Assembly (NCBI GenBank): GCA_000002445.1
Contig: CP000071.1
Coordinates: forward strand, 160,001 to 224,000
Length of the DNA: 64,000 nucleotides
Reading direction: 5' to 3'
Source of the DNA: Trypanosoma brucei
Taxonomy: Eukaryota
In this document: positions 36,484 to 47,158 of the stretch, piece after piece
Position numbering within the stretch: position 1 is the first letter of the stretch
How the letters are laid out: each line of letters opens with the position of its first letter
Made by a program: the position numbers and the translations under genes
Notes under the pieces: model-generated
The model's database searches: none
The model's input: only the letters and a program-made list of their open reading frames with translations
Told to the model about the DNA's origin: nothing

Positions 36484-39400
36484 TTAACGACCATCGTCCA
36501 TCAACACTTCACCGAAGGCATGACTACCCCAAATCATACTGTAATTGTTCGGTTCCTTTTCGCGAAGGGCGTTTGCGGGGGCCATGCTCTGCTGGGAAAC
36601 ATCTCCAAATACCGCGAACTCACGCACATCGGCCTCCCCTAATTTCCCACACATTTCCTTTACAAATGAATCGAACGAAGTCGTGTGTCTGCTTGCCTCA
36701 TGCGGCATTTCCCTTGACCCCTTTGCATACGTACGGTCTGCTGCCAACTTTACACCTCTGTCCATAATGTCTTCAATAAGCGAGTCATCATCCGAAGCAT
36801 CAGCGTCTTTCGTTTGTTCACCACATGTTCCCACCGGTGGTTGATGTCGCTGCACATCTGTCAAAGGTTTCGTCGTCACACGCATTCGCGCTGCAGGTGT
36901 TAAACCCATGTTGCAAGAGGAACCAAATGCTGAGAATGGGCTTGCATCAATTGCAGAGTCAATAGTTTTCTCCCCATGCTCTATTCCGAAGCGGCAGGGC
37001 TCAGTACACACCACACTTACAGGTGGGAACGAGTACGTCAAAACCGCGTCGAGCGACAACTGATCATGAATGGGGTTTCGGGCCGGGCTTGTGCGAACAT
37101 TCAACAAACTTTGGATGTCTTGCACGGTAAAGTAGCTAGCCTCCGGCATTCCCTTAGGTGTGTCCAGGAGAAAACTGAATGGTTTACTGGTGAAGGTGGC
37201 GTTGCGGAAGTACTCAACAATTGCCTTCGAGCTGCTCGGTTCCGCAAACTCCACGAAACTAAACCACAGCGTTGGGGCGGGGGCACCCAGTTCAGAGCCA
37301 TTCCTTCCCACTCCAGTAATATCCCCCTTTGGTGGAACTTGATTTTCATCACGGCACAATCGAACCTTATTAAGCTCACCAAAGTATGTAAGAAGTCGAC
37401 GAAATTGTGCTCGGCGAAGTGTCGAGGGAAGTTTCGTGATGTATACTGTTCGGTCCATCAATTCGGCCTGTGTGTAAACACTTGGGGCGTAGCCACCTCC
37501 TCGTGGACCTGAAAACGTTTTTGCGGAGTCCAGCCCCGTGGCTGCTTCAGAAAGTTGTGGCCTCACTTGTGACGCACGATGTTGCTGTTGCTGTTGTTGT
37601 TGCAAATGCTGTTGCTGCTGCTGCACCTGTTTTTGGATCAAACTCATTGCCGCGCTGCTTCCACAGTGGCGGAAGAACATTGACGGGGTCGATGCGTCAC
37701 CATGCGGTAACGAAACGGGCGTTGCTGAGTGGGGAGAGGCACATTCCACTGAGACATCGTGGGAGCTGCTGATGTCCATCGGTTCACCACGAGTGGTGAC
37801 TCGGTGAGAAGATGGCGATGTATATGTAAGACCCGGTGAACTATTACTTGTACCGTTAGCATTCACAGGTGTCACTTTCTCTATGACACGCCTTGGGGTT
37901 GGTCGAGCACTGGCACACAATGAAGAATTTCCTCCACCCTGTGCCGAGTCGAGTGGCAGCAGTCCCTCGAGACAATGGTCGTATTCCTTGCGGTACGGAT
38001 CTTTTTTGGCGCGCGACTTATTGTTCTTCCTCCACAAAGACGTGAATTCCTCTAGGCAAGCAAGCAGAATGAGGCACGGTTTGTGAACATCCTCTTCACC
38101 CTTCCCCGCTCCAAACAGGACGGCGGGTTTAGTTGATAGCGGTCGACTTCTTTCAAATTCCTTTGCACTCCTGAGCGCAACCTCGTGCTCCTTGATAATC
38201 TTGACTGCCAATTCATACGGACTTTTCTTCAAGTAACAATACTGGAAGAGATAGGCACTCAACACAGCTGCCACTTTTCGAGACTCATCTGGTTTGTCGT
38301 TGCTGATAAAGAGGTGCACGAGCGACCGTGCGATCTTCGAAATGAAAATTATGTTCCTGCCCATAATCAGGTCGGGGTCTTCACCATTTTCCACTCCCAC
38401 ATTATCCCTACCACCCCTGCGGGGGATCCGCATCTTTTCGTGGAGTGATAACAAGGCATTTACCAGTGGTGTTGAAAGTGCTTGTGCGTGGTGCCCAAAT
38501 GCAATGAGTGTGTCGGTTAACGCTGTGGCAAGTTGCTCCGCCGTCTTTTCTGTTGCCTCTGGGTTAGTAAGCAGCTGCTGCATCTTATCAGTTAACACAT
38601 TGACATCCACGACGTTGGCATGAAGCTCTTCAACCACCTCACGAAGTAGAGCATTATTCCCAACTCTAGCACATAGGTCATTCACGTCACTTGCAACATT
38701 CCTCCGAAATGGTTTTAACATCGTACCGGACTCCACTGCCGCTTCAGAGGCTGCCGTACCACTGACAGGATCTCGGCCGCTTGGTTTAGAAAGGTAGCGC
38801 GCAACCATGGGGAATAACTGCCCTTTAGCGTAGGAACCGTTCAATTTTTCAGCAGCGTCACGTGCAGTGCCCTCCTTATCGAAGAATATCAGCCCACTGC
38901 GCCTTGGGCCACCAGAAAGTTGGACAATATCTGGAAATATTTCTGCACTGAGAGCTCCATAGCGCGAAAAAAGCGCGAAAAGAGATTTTTTGTCCATCGT
39001 TGCTAACAGGTTGTGCACACCAACAAGAAACAGATCACGACCACTGTATGTCCTCTTGAAAAAGTCGTCTATCTCGTCCAACACAGCCATGTTAGATGTG
39101 TCATGCAACGCAGAGTAAGTAGCACTTGTATCATTCCCACCGGCTACGTCAGCAACTGACTGGTTACCAGCAAGCGCCACACCGCCGGGGTGAAAGTCAA
39201 ACAGTTTGTTGAGGTGAACAACATCAATTGGTTGCGCCTGTCCCTCGGGTGGTTTCAACTGAAATAACGACACTGCTTCCATCGCCGTCGCCTCTTCATT
39301 ATAGTATACCAGAGCGCTAACACTGCTGCAGGCCATAGGGGTTGTCGCGAAGCTGCATGATTTAGGGGGCCACATATCGAAGCACTCAGCACCCTTTTGA

Positions 39401-40698
39401 ATAAAGTTCTGACTTAAAACGGAATGAGCCACTTCTGGATCCAAACCGTGTATCGCGACGACGTGCTTCCCGGAGGCTCTATTCATGTGTGAATTGCTCT
39501 GAATAAAGCGGCACATTTCCATGTGTGTTTTGTAGAGTTCAGTACCTGGAGGTAACCGCCATGGCTTCGCTGAGGAGGAGAGACCCCATGTTGGCTGTTG
39601 CTGCGTACGTTGCGTTTGTTGCTGCTTTTGCTTGCCTGACATCGACGTTACACTGCGAGTTGCATCTGGAGACACTGGCAAACTTTGAGCAGGTGGCGCT
39701 TCCGGGTCACAATAGATTACTCGGAGTGGCTGGTGCTGTCCATTAGGCACAAAATCATTAAACTTCTCGACGGCCACAGCAGCAAACGCCTTAGAGGGAA
39801 AGAACACAGCACCTGCGCGTCGATTCGGACGCAGGGAGAAGTGTTGCGGCAAAATTTCTGCTTTCTTTGCATTCATGGGAAAGAATATGTTCAACAGCTC
39901 CTCCTTTGTTGTACGCGACTCGAGGTTGAAAACGGCGACAATATGGTAATTGCTGCACTCAGAAGCGAATGCCAGCATGATTTGGGAGGTGAGTGACTGT
40001 GGTGATTGTGACACAGAATTTTGGGTATTGGCGGCAGTGCTCCCGCTGTTACCACTGGAGCTGTCGTGTGAAGCCATTACGCGTACGCTGGGCGTACTCG
40101 CGGGCCATCGTGCCGCCACGTTCTTCTCTGGAGGTGCAATCATCCCATCATTTGCAATACCACCACGACTCGGAGGCCACGGCATTGCCATTGGCGTCAT
40201 TGGGGCAGGTTGACAATACAAGAGGGGGTTTTGAAGCATTGCGTGCAGATCCACTGGGTTGGGTACAGCAGGGACTGCGAAGCCAACAGCACCCATCGGC
40301 ACATGAAATTCTTTCGCCTCAGGGTTTAATGTCGACTTGGTGGATGCTGCAGCTCCGGCGCCGTCATTCACGAGGGGCCAACAGTGCGCTGCTGTAGTTT
40401 CACTTGATTGAGATGAGGTACCAGTGACCTTCTCCATCTGAATGTCATTTGCAGTGGTTAAAGAAGCGGCCTCCACCGTGAATCCTTTCTGCGTTGGTGG
40501 TTCACTGCTTGCAGGAGAAGTGAGCTGCACCGACGCTATGGATGAACCGGAGTCCCTCTTGGTTGGTTGGGGTTGAGAAACAGTGGAAGTAGTTCCTGCC
40601 GTTTCTGGAGTTATCATTTCCCAACGTAAAACAAAATACACACACGCACACGCAACAACAGAAAGAAGTTTTTTTAAAAAAAAAGCACAAACAAACAA
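36484..40698 (-). CDS. large RNA-binding-type protein with N-terminal PAM2 (PABP-interacting) motif, RRM-like regions and polyQ tract
   Basis: 1404-aa ORF. The probable true start is the internal Met MITPETAG at about nt 40617, because the first 27 codons are low-complexity leader. PAM2 motif STLNPEAKEFHVP at about nt 40297-40332. PolyQ QQQQQHLQQQQQQQ at about nt 37581-37626. Confidence 0.65.
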   Translation of the reverse strand: MFVCAFFLKKLLSVVACACVYFVLRWEMITPETAGTTSTVSQPQPTKRDSGSSIASVQLTSPASSEPPTQKGFTVEAASLTTANDIQMEKVTGTSSQSSETTAAHCWPLVNDGAGAAASTKSTLNPEAKEFHVPMGAVGFAVPAVPNPVDLHAMLQNPLLYCQPAPMTPMAMPWPPSRGGIANDGMIAPPEKNVAARWPASTPSVRVMASHDSSSGNSGSTAANTQNSVSQSPQSLTSQIMLAFASECSNYHIVAVFNLESRTTKEELLNIFFPMNAKKAEILPQHFSLRPNRRAGAVFFPSKAFAAVAVEKFNDFVPNGQHQPLRVIYCDPEAPPAQSLPVSPDATRSVTSMSGKQKQQQTQRTQQQPTWGLSSSAKPWRLPPGTELYKTHMEMCRFIQSNSHMNRASGKHVVAIHGLDPEVAHSVLSQNFIQKGAECFDMWPPKSCSFATTPMACSSVSALVYYNEEATAMEAVSLFQLKPPEGQAQPIDVVHLNKLFDFHPGGVALAGNQSVADVAGGNDTSATYSALHDTSNMAVLDEIDDFFKRTYSGRDLFLVGVHNLLATMDKKSLFALFSRYGALSAEIFPDIVQLSGGPRRSGLIFFDKEGTARDAAEKLNGSYAKGQLFPMVARYLSKPSGRDPVSGTAASEAAVESGTMLKPFRRNVASDVNDLCARVGNNALLREVVEELHANVVDVNVLTDKMQQLLTNPEATEKTAEQLATALTDTLIAFGHHAQALSTPLVNALLSLHEKMRIPRRGGRDNVGVENGEDPDLIMGRNIIFISKIARSLVHLFISNDKPDESRKVAAVLSAYLFQYCYLKKSPYELAVKIIKEHEVALRSAKEFERSRPLSTKPAVLFGAGKGEEDVHKPCLILLACLEEFTSLWRKNNKSRAKKDPYRKEYDHCLEGLLPLDSAQGGGNSSLCASARPTPRRVIEKVTPVNANGTSNSSPGLTYTSPSSHRVTTRGEPMDISSSHDVSVECASPHSATPVSLPHGDASTPSMFFRHCGSSAAMSLIQKQVQQQQQHLQQQQQQQHRASQVRPQLSEAATGLDSAKTFSGPRGGGYAPSVYTQAELMDRTVYITKLPSTLRRAQFRRLLTYFGELNKVRLCRDENQVPPKGDITGVGRNGSELGAPAPTLWFSFVEFAEPSSSKAIVEYFRNATFTSKPFSFLLDTPKGMPEASYFTVQDIQSLLNVRTSPARNPIHDQLSLDAVLTYSFPPVSVVCTEPCRFGIEHGEKTIDSAIDASPFSAFGSSCNMGLTPAARMRVTTKPLTDVQRHQPPVGTCGEQTKDADASDDDSLIEDIMDRGVKLAADRTYAKGSREMPHEASRHTTSFDSFVKEMCGKLGEADVREFAVFGDVSQQSMAPANALREKEPNNYSMIWGSHAFGEVLMDDGR

Positions 40699-43347
40699 AA
40701 TTTAGTGAAGCTTTCACAAAAGCTCAAGTTTCTCGTCCCCACAAAGAAAAATGAAAACAACAACTAACGACACTCTCCTTTTCCGATGCTAAATATTTAT
40801 TTTATTGCAGTAATGCTGTAGAAACGATGTGCCTCTCGTTTTTTATTTATTTACTTTCGTTTCTTCTCTATTTTTGAGGTTGTGCAGCGCCAAATGAAAA
40901 GTTATTCCCTTTCGATCGCGTCTCCAGCAACCAAATACTGTCGAGTTCTTTTTTTTGTTGTAGTTGTTGTTCCTGTGTTATTTTTAATTTTTAATATATC
41001 AACGCTGCTCTTTTTTTCTAAGTAATAAACAAAATGCGTAACACCGCAGCTGTTGACAAAAATGAGGTGTTCGGTGTTGTTGTTTTGATGAGAAATCTCT
41101 GCGCGGTGGTTATGCTCACAAAACACACACGCAAAAACAAAAACGAAAATAAATTCAATAATAAGAATGAAAGGACAAAGCGAGTAATCGAAACAAGGCC
41201 TTCCCAGATACAAAAATATATATGAGTGGCACACGCAACAAATGCTGCGGTTTGTGCCCTGGGGAAGTAAAATTAAGAAGAAGAAAAAAAGGAGGGTAAA
41301 AAAAGGAGGAAACAAAACAAAAAAAAACAACGACAACAAGCGAGAGTTCTGTTTGAATTCACTCGAAACCTTTCCTATTTTCTTTTAATTTTTGATATTT
41401 CTTTTCTTTCGAGGTTTCTCCTTTTCGTCTTTTTCTGACTTTTCTTTTTTTTTTCTTTTTCTGCTACCCCACTTACGCTTACCTGATAAGGGTGTTTTGG
41501 TGTAATGTAATTGCTTCTACTTCAGTTGATTCTAACCCTTTTCCTTACTTTCCTCTGCCTGTGGTTCCCTTCCTTGTGTTTTTTCTTTTATATTTTCTTG
41601 ACTCTGCCCAGGTTATTATTATTTTTTTTTAATTCTTTATTTTTGTTTTATTTATATCGTTTATCTCCTCCTTTCTCGTACTAAATGGAGGGCTTACGAA
41701 TATAATAGAAATATATATATATATATATATATACTTATATATATTTATATGTACTTTGTGCTCGATTGTGTATGTGTGTGTGTTTGTGTTTGTTTCTCTC
41801 TCTGTCTGTGTGTGTGTTTCTTTACCTTTTACTCTTTTCTAAATGTATCGAAATTCTTCTTTTCTTTTCTTCCTTTTGTTTTTTTTTAATATTGAAGAAA
41901 AAGAAAAAAATATTTCTTTTTTATTTGTTGTATAAGTGCCCTCGGTGAAACAACCTTGGTATTTCTCCACACCACAATTTCTGTTTTTGTATGTTTTATT
42001 TTTTTCTTTTTTCTTTTTTTTCTGTTTGTTTGTTTTTTTATCGCTCTCAAACAGCGCAAATTCTATCGGGTTTTCTTTTTTTTTTTCTTCGTTCCTCTTG
42101 ATTTGTTGTTGTTTTTTTTCTTTTAATTTGGAGGGGGGAGTTGATATATAGATTTATTAAATTTTGTTTTTGTTTTGTTTTGTTTTCGAAAATTTCTCAC
42201 GGAGAAGATAAAAAAAAAGAGAAAGTGATAAGTGGCTACAAAAAAAAAAAGAGCTAAGAAAAGTAGTGGGAAGCTGTGAAAATAGATTTCACGTAAAAAA
42301 AAAAAAAGTATGCGTACAAAAAAAAATTCTTCTTTCTTCTGTTCTTCAGCAGCGGCGGCTGATTGTCTTCTTCCGCTTCCTGTTTAGTATCAAACAGAAA
42401 AGACCGGAGGATGACGGAGTGAGACAAAAAAAGGAAAAGAGAAACAAAGAATTTCGGAGTGTAACTTTATATTTTTGCTTTTGTTTGATTGTTTATTTTT
42501 TTCTACTTTTCCCTTTTTTGAAAAAAAATTCTCCTTTTGTTTTGTTTTGTATTCGCAAAAAAAAAAAAACAAAACTAGAGATGTACAGACAATGGCAACA
42601 ACAAAACAAAAATTGGAAACAAAAGGAAAGAAAAGCCTAGCAGGAGCAAAGTTACTGAGTGAAGACGAACTGTTCCTTTTCCTTGTCCTCGTTTCTGCTT
42701 TGTTGTCTATTTTTTTTTCTTTTTTCCTTTTTTTAAAAAAAAAGAAAAAGACTATCCTTCTTACAAGTAAAAGAAAAAACAAACGAGGTTAAAACCTCAG
42801 TGACCCGCTGTAAATAATCGAATAAGCGCGAATTACGTGTGATGTAATGTACGCGTGGCGCGTCAAATCGGGGAGGGGGATCACATCAACAATTGATAAC
42901 GGAAGGAAAGAAAGAGAGAAAATAAAAAGGAAGAAAAAAAAGTTCGTAAAGTGTCAGGAGAAACGCAGCAAAGACAGCAATGCAAAACAGTGGGCACATC
43001 ACACAACTTAAAAGAATTATTATGATCGTAATTATTAAGACAATTATATCTGAGTACAGTAACACTGCATATCCCACACACATTTCCACCACACAACAAC
43101 AATAACAATGGTTATCGACAGCGGTATTGGTGGCATAACCTCAGAAACAACAACATCGTGATAAGAACAAATACATTTGGTTCGCTCACACACCTTTAAG
43201 ACCAAGCGTATACGTCATGGAGAAAGAAAGAGTGAATATCAACAGGTATTTCCCCCCCCCGTTTAACACTCCCTCTTACGTCGTTGTTTTATTTATTTTT
43301 TTTAAAAAAGGGGGGGGCACAAAAAAAAAAAAAGAGGAATTAAACAC
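40699..43347. other. unusually long (~2.65 kb) low-complexity intergenic/UTR region
   Basis: Poly-T/poly-A runs, (TG)n, (TA)n and (TTTG)n. It contains no credible ORF and lies between the CIA2 stop and the start of the 1404-aa gene. Confidence 0.7.
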
Positions 43348-43896
43348 TCATTCAAAGGCATTTACGCATGATTCCACTACATTTAAGAGGTTTGTGTTTT
43401 CTAACGCAGCAGCCACACGTTCCTTGTCGCCAAGTTGTTTGTTTACCTGCTCCTCCTGTTCGTGTGATCCAGGTGTAACGCATATGTCAACTTTCATATT
43501 GCGCGGTAAGCACCTTTTGAGTTTGAGACCAATGCAAAGGCCAATTAGTGTGGTTAAACTGCAATGTGGAACTGTAGGAGTGAATTGGACACGCACCGTT
43601 TGTCTTTCCTCATCCACACTAATCAGTTTTGGGTCAACAACCTGAAGTTCCTCCAATGTATTGGGATGTTCCGGGTCACGAATGGTGCGAATCAGTTCAT
43701 AAATTTCCAACCCGTCGATGGGGTCCCTTACATCTTCGCAGAGTTCCTCCTTTTCCTGTTCAACTGTCCGTTTCCGCTTCCCCAAATTGCCGCGAAAGAC
43801 AGTGGGATTGGGATTGACGAGTTCCTCCATAACGAGACTAATTTCAGCACTCAAAAAAAAAAAATAATTAAAAAAAACAAACGGGCGCCACGACAC
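43348..43896 (-). CDS. MIP18/CIA2 family (DUF59) cytosolic Fe-S assembly factor
   Basis: 182 aa. [16 protein letters not shown]...[24 protein letters not shown] is the conserved DUF59/MIP18 core, including the reactive Cys in the PTVPHCS context. Confidence 0.7.
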   Translation of the reverse strand: MSWRPFVFFNYFFFLSAEISLVMEELVNPNPTVFRGNLGKRKRTVEQEKEELCEDVRDPIDGLEIYELIRTIRDPEHPNTLEELQVVDPKLISVDEERQTVRVQFTPTVPHCSLTTLIGLCIGLKLKRCLPRNMKVDICVTPGSHEQEEQVNKQLGDKERVAAALENTNLLNVVESCVNAFE

Positions 43897-44634
43897 ACTT
43901 CACTCAACCCCTCCCCTCTTTTCCCTTGCGGCTACAGAAACAGTCCGCTAGAAATAATAATAATAATAATATTAATTGGAGGAAAATAATGGAGTAGTTG
44001 ACGAATGAGAAAACAGCAGACAGGGAAATAAAAGAAATACGTAAAAAGTTAATTAAATGATTTATTAACAACGAAAGTATCACACGCCGTTAGCTGAGCA
44101 AAGAAAGAAAAGAATCTGCCACAGACACGCGCACGCACGTACGACTCAAATAAAACCCAACTAACGGCGATGCAAAGAACAAACTCATTTACCGAAGATT
44201 ACATTCGTAAACTCAGGTTCGTTCTTTTTATTATTCGCGCTTATTTGATCCCTTCTTTATTTATTTCCCGTGACTCATCTCTCCCTATATCTTTTTTTTT
44301 CAAAAAAAAAAAATGAGTTCAGCTTTGCAGATGCCTGGCTGCCAACCACGTGCCGCAACATTATTTCCTCTCACTCCTCCCACATGCTCCGCGGTGGCGC
44401 CTCACGGGTTCCTCCCCACCCGTCAGCATTGCAAATGTATTCGATTCCTTTATTATTATTTTTTTTTCTTGTCCTTTAGTTTTTTGTATGTATGCAAGCA
44501 TGCACAGGCATTTATATTTAATTCGTTCAAAACCGATTTAGTGGGGCACGGAGGATGTTAACAGGAAACACTTTCACAGCCCACAACACCTTAGGGGAAA
44601 GAAAGAAAGGAGCGGAATAAAACTCGTTTTAGAA

Positions 44635-45396
44635 TTAGAACCGCCCCCGCTTCCGATCGTTATTATTTCCGTTAAAGTTTGGTTTCGACTTGTTCCGCGG
44701 GGGTTCCTGGACGCCCCTCTGCTGCTGTTTGCTCTGCTGGGCCACATGCCCTTCGGATTTGCCCACCTTTTGTTTCTTAGCGGGGGGTTCCTCGTCCTCA
44801 TCCTCCTCCTTTTCTTGATCATCATCATCCTCATCTTCATCTTCATCATCTTCATCTTCATCATCTTCGTCATCTTCATCATCTTCCTCATCTTCGTCAT
44901 CGTCATCGTCACTGTCGTCTGTACGATCTACGACCTGTTGGCGCTTCGTTGCTGCGTTACCGTTCTTTTTCCCGTCTGTGAGTGGTACGCCTGCCATGTC
45001 ATCACCATCATCCAATCCCGTGTCTTCCCCTTCTTCTTCCTCCTCCTCCTCCTCAGCGTTGTCGTATTCCCCACTTCCACTCAAAGCAGCGGAAAGCATT
45101 CCTTCCGACTCCTGCTGATACCCACAACAATGAAGAACAGCATTTCCCTTCACACGGAAGACAACTTCTTGTTCATAACCAAAAACGATATCGACGGGAG
45201 TTTGCATCAGTTGCTGAGAAACGTCAAGAGTGAGAAGAGAAAACGATTCACCATCAACTGTCACATACAACGTGCTGCGGCCCTTCACACCGTGCTTTAC
45301 AGAAACAACAGAAAGGTGAAATGAGTGATGCTTTTCCAGCACCAACTTGTGTTCCTTGCCCGGAACGACCTCGAAACCATGAAACATGGGCGCCAT
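44635..45396 (-). CDS. nucleoplasmin-like (HD2/FKBP-N-terminal type) domain protein with acidic tract and basic tail; NOPP44/46 paralog
   Basis: 253 aa. N-terminus MAPMFHGFEVVPGKEHKLVL...GNAVLHCCGYQ has the same pattern as the NOPP-array N-terminal domain and plant HD2 (MEFWGxEVxxG...GSVxxxGY). It is followed by a long D/E tract (nt ~44800-44935, GAT/GAA repeats) and a basic C-terminus (KKQKVGK...RKRGRF). Confidence 0.65.
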   Translation of the reverse strand: MAPMFHGFEVVPGKEHKLVLEKHHSFHLSVVSVKHGVKGRSTLYVTVDGESFSLLTLDVSQQLMQTPVDIVFGYEQEVVFRVKGNAVLHCCGYQQESEGMLSAALSGSGEYDNAEEEEEEEEGEDTGLDDGDDMAGVPLTDGKKNGNAATKRQQVVDRTDDSDDDDDEDEEDDEDDEDDEDEDDEDEDEDDDDQEKEEDEDEEPPAKKQKVGKSEGHVAQQSKQQQRGVQEPPRNKSKPNFNGNNNDRKRGRF

Positions 45397-46139
45397 TGCT
45401 TTCTCACTTTATGCTTTTCGGTAGAGCACAAACTTGAAAAAAATATCGGGTTTCAGTTACGAAAGTAAAAAAAACGAATAATCGGATAGAAGGGGAAAAC
45501 AAAGTAAAGGAGGGATTGAAACCAGCAATAAGAGTATTAAAGAAAAAAATTAGTAGCAGCAGGTCTTGGCAAACTGAACAGTTATCAATCAACCCAATAG
45601 GCCATAGCCACCTGCAAGAAAAAAGAAGGGAGGGTCAATAAACAGAAAACTAATGCGAAGAGAACACACACCACACGTCCAATGATTTAAAAAAAAACAA
45701 AAGAGAATTGCACAGGCACATGACCCCGCACTTCACTCAAACATTAACTACCTGAAGGAAAGAAAAAAACAACATACAACGAATTACGTCACACCCTATA
45801 ACATAACATCATCATCGAAAGTACAAGTTCGCATGCCTTAGTACAACCAAAAATTAAATTTTATATCGTTACAAATGGTCAACCAACCAAAAGACACGAA
45901 AATAGATTATTCAAGATGCAATTTATGAACAGTTTGAAACGCAATCAACAAAAACAGAGAAAGATTCGCAATAAGATTTAACATATCGACTAAAAACGAA
46001 AAAAAAAAGATCAATTAGTTGTGGCCTACAAGCAAACAACAACAAATTTACAAACGATGATAGAGCAAAAGGAACAACAATATTCCAAGAGGATTAATAA
46101 CTGAAGTGAAACAACAGGTCATATTACAAAGAGCGCCAG

Positions 46140-46199
46140 NNNNNNNNNNNNNNNNNNNNNNNNNNNNNNNNNNNNNNNNNNNNNNNNNNNNNNNNNNNN
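46140..46199. other. assembly gap (60 N)
   Basis: Run of n characters that interrupts a NOPP-family copy. Confidence 0.99.
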
Positions 46200-46559
46200 A
46201 GTCAAATGCACTGAGCCAGAACCCGTGGCGGAAAGAGTGGTTCCCTGCTCTGCGGTTAACACGAGGTCGATGCCCATTTGAAATAGGCTCCGCTTGGGGT
46301 CAAGCGTGGCAATGGTAAATTCCTTCCCCTGAAAGGATATCACAAGAGTAATAGCACCACTTGCATTCGCAGGCACAGCAATTTGTGTGAGACGAAGTAC
46401 GTGGTCTTCGGGTATCTTCGGTTTGACCTTCTGCCCGGCACTCACTTCAACACCGTAGAAACCCTTCACAAATGTTAAATGCAATACGCCTTTACTAATG
46501 GAAAATACAAAATGAATCGGAGACAACGGTGAAAGCATAGATAAGGGAAAGCGTAACAC
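46200..46559 (-). pseudogene. NOPP44/46-type array boundary copy (copy A): N-terminal domain only, canonical ATG lost, 3' part missing in assembly gap
   Basis: nt 46200-46470 are identical to the N-terminal-domain coding segment of the intact copy at 49640-49907. Homology ends exactly at the start codon (ATGGAG becomes GTGAAG). The upstream flank is unrelated. The ORF runs into the 60-N gap at 46140-46199. Confidence 0.45.
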
Positions 46560-46869
46560 TGACGTACGCTACCAAACAATAGGCAAACACAGGGAAAAAA
46601 CACAGTCACATTCAATGTGTCGAAACCTCTGTGTTTTTCTGTTACCAAGCCACCTCCATGACAGGCAAATCATGTCACATCACGAACGCTTTCATTTTCG
46701 AACGCTTAATTACCATTATAGAAGCCCAAATAATCATTATTTCTACCCCACCCAATCCCATTTATGTCTCAGTTTCTTCTTCGCTCGTAAAATATCTCTG
46801 CATTTAGATGCGTTACCGATGTTTTCGTTGCTAAAACACATACTAACAAATAACAACAAATATTTACCA

Positions 46870-47158
46870 CAACTGAAGGTAGAGAAATGTGGTCGCTCAA
46901 GCGGTGCATGTCAGTACAAGCACAAACATTAATAACAATATCACAATTTCTCCATGCCTCCACGTGCAACACAACATCCGAACATGAGGGGATATATCGT
47001 CATCACACGTATCAATCATAGAACACGAGTGTAATAAGAGGTTAGCCTCGTAGTCAAATGCATAAACGGGAATAATAATGAGGCATATATCACGTATTCC
47101 ATAAGATTACTCTCTCAGTTACAACAATGCGGCACATCACATGGCACATATATCATTT
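46870..47158 (-). repeat. conserved ~290-bp 3'-flank/3'UTR segment of NOPP-family genes (copy 1 of 3)
   Basis: Near-identical sequence recurs at 48632-48920 and 50294-50582, starting caactgaaggtagagaaatgtggtcgctcaagcggtgcatgtcagtacaagcac. Confidence 0.8.

Noticed and set aside
42266-42792. Several 100-130-aa ORFs on both strands in the 2.65-kb spacer
   Set aside because: Extreme low complexity (poly-Lys/Phe from A/T runs). These are chance ORFs in homopolymeric sequence.
40699-43347. Possible strand-switch region or transcription start site in the long spacer
   Set aside because: The flanking genes are on the same strand, so it is an intra-PTU spacer, not a divergent or convergent SSR.
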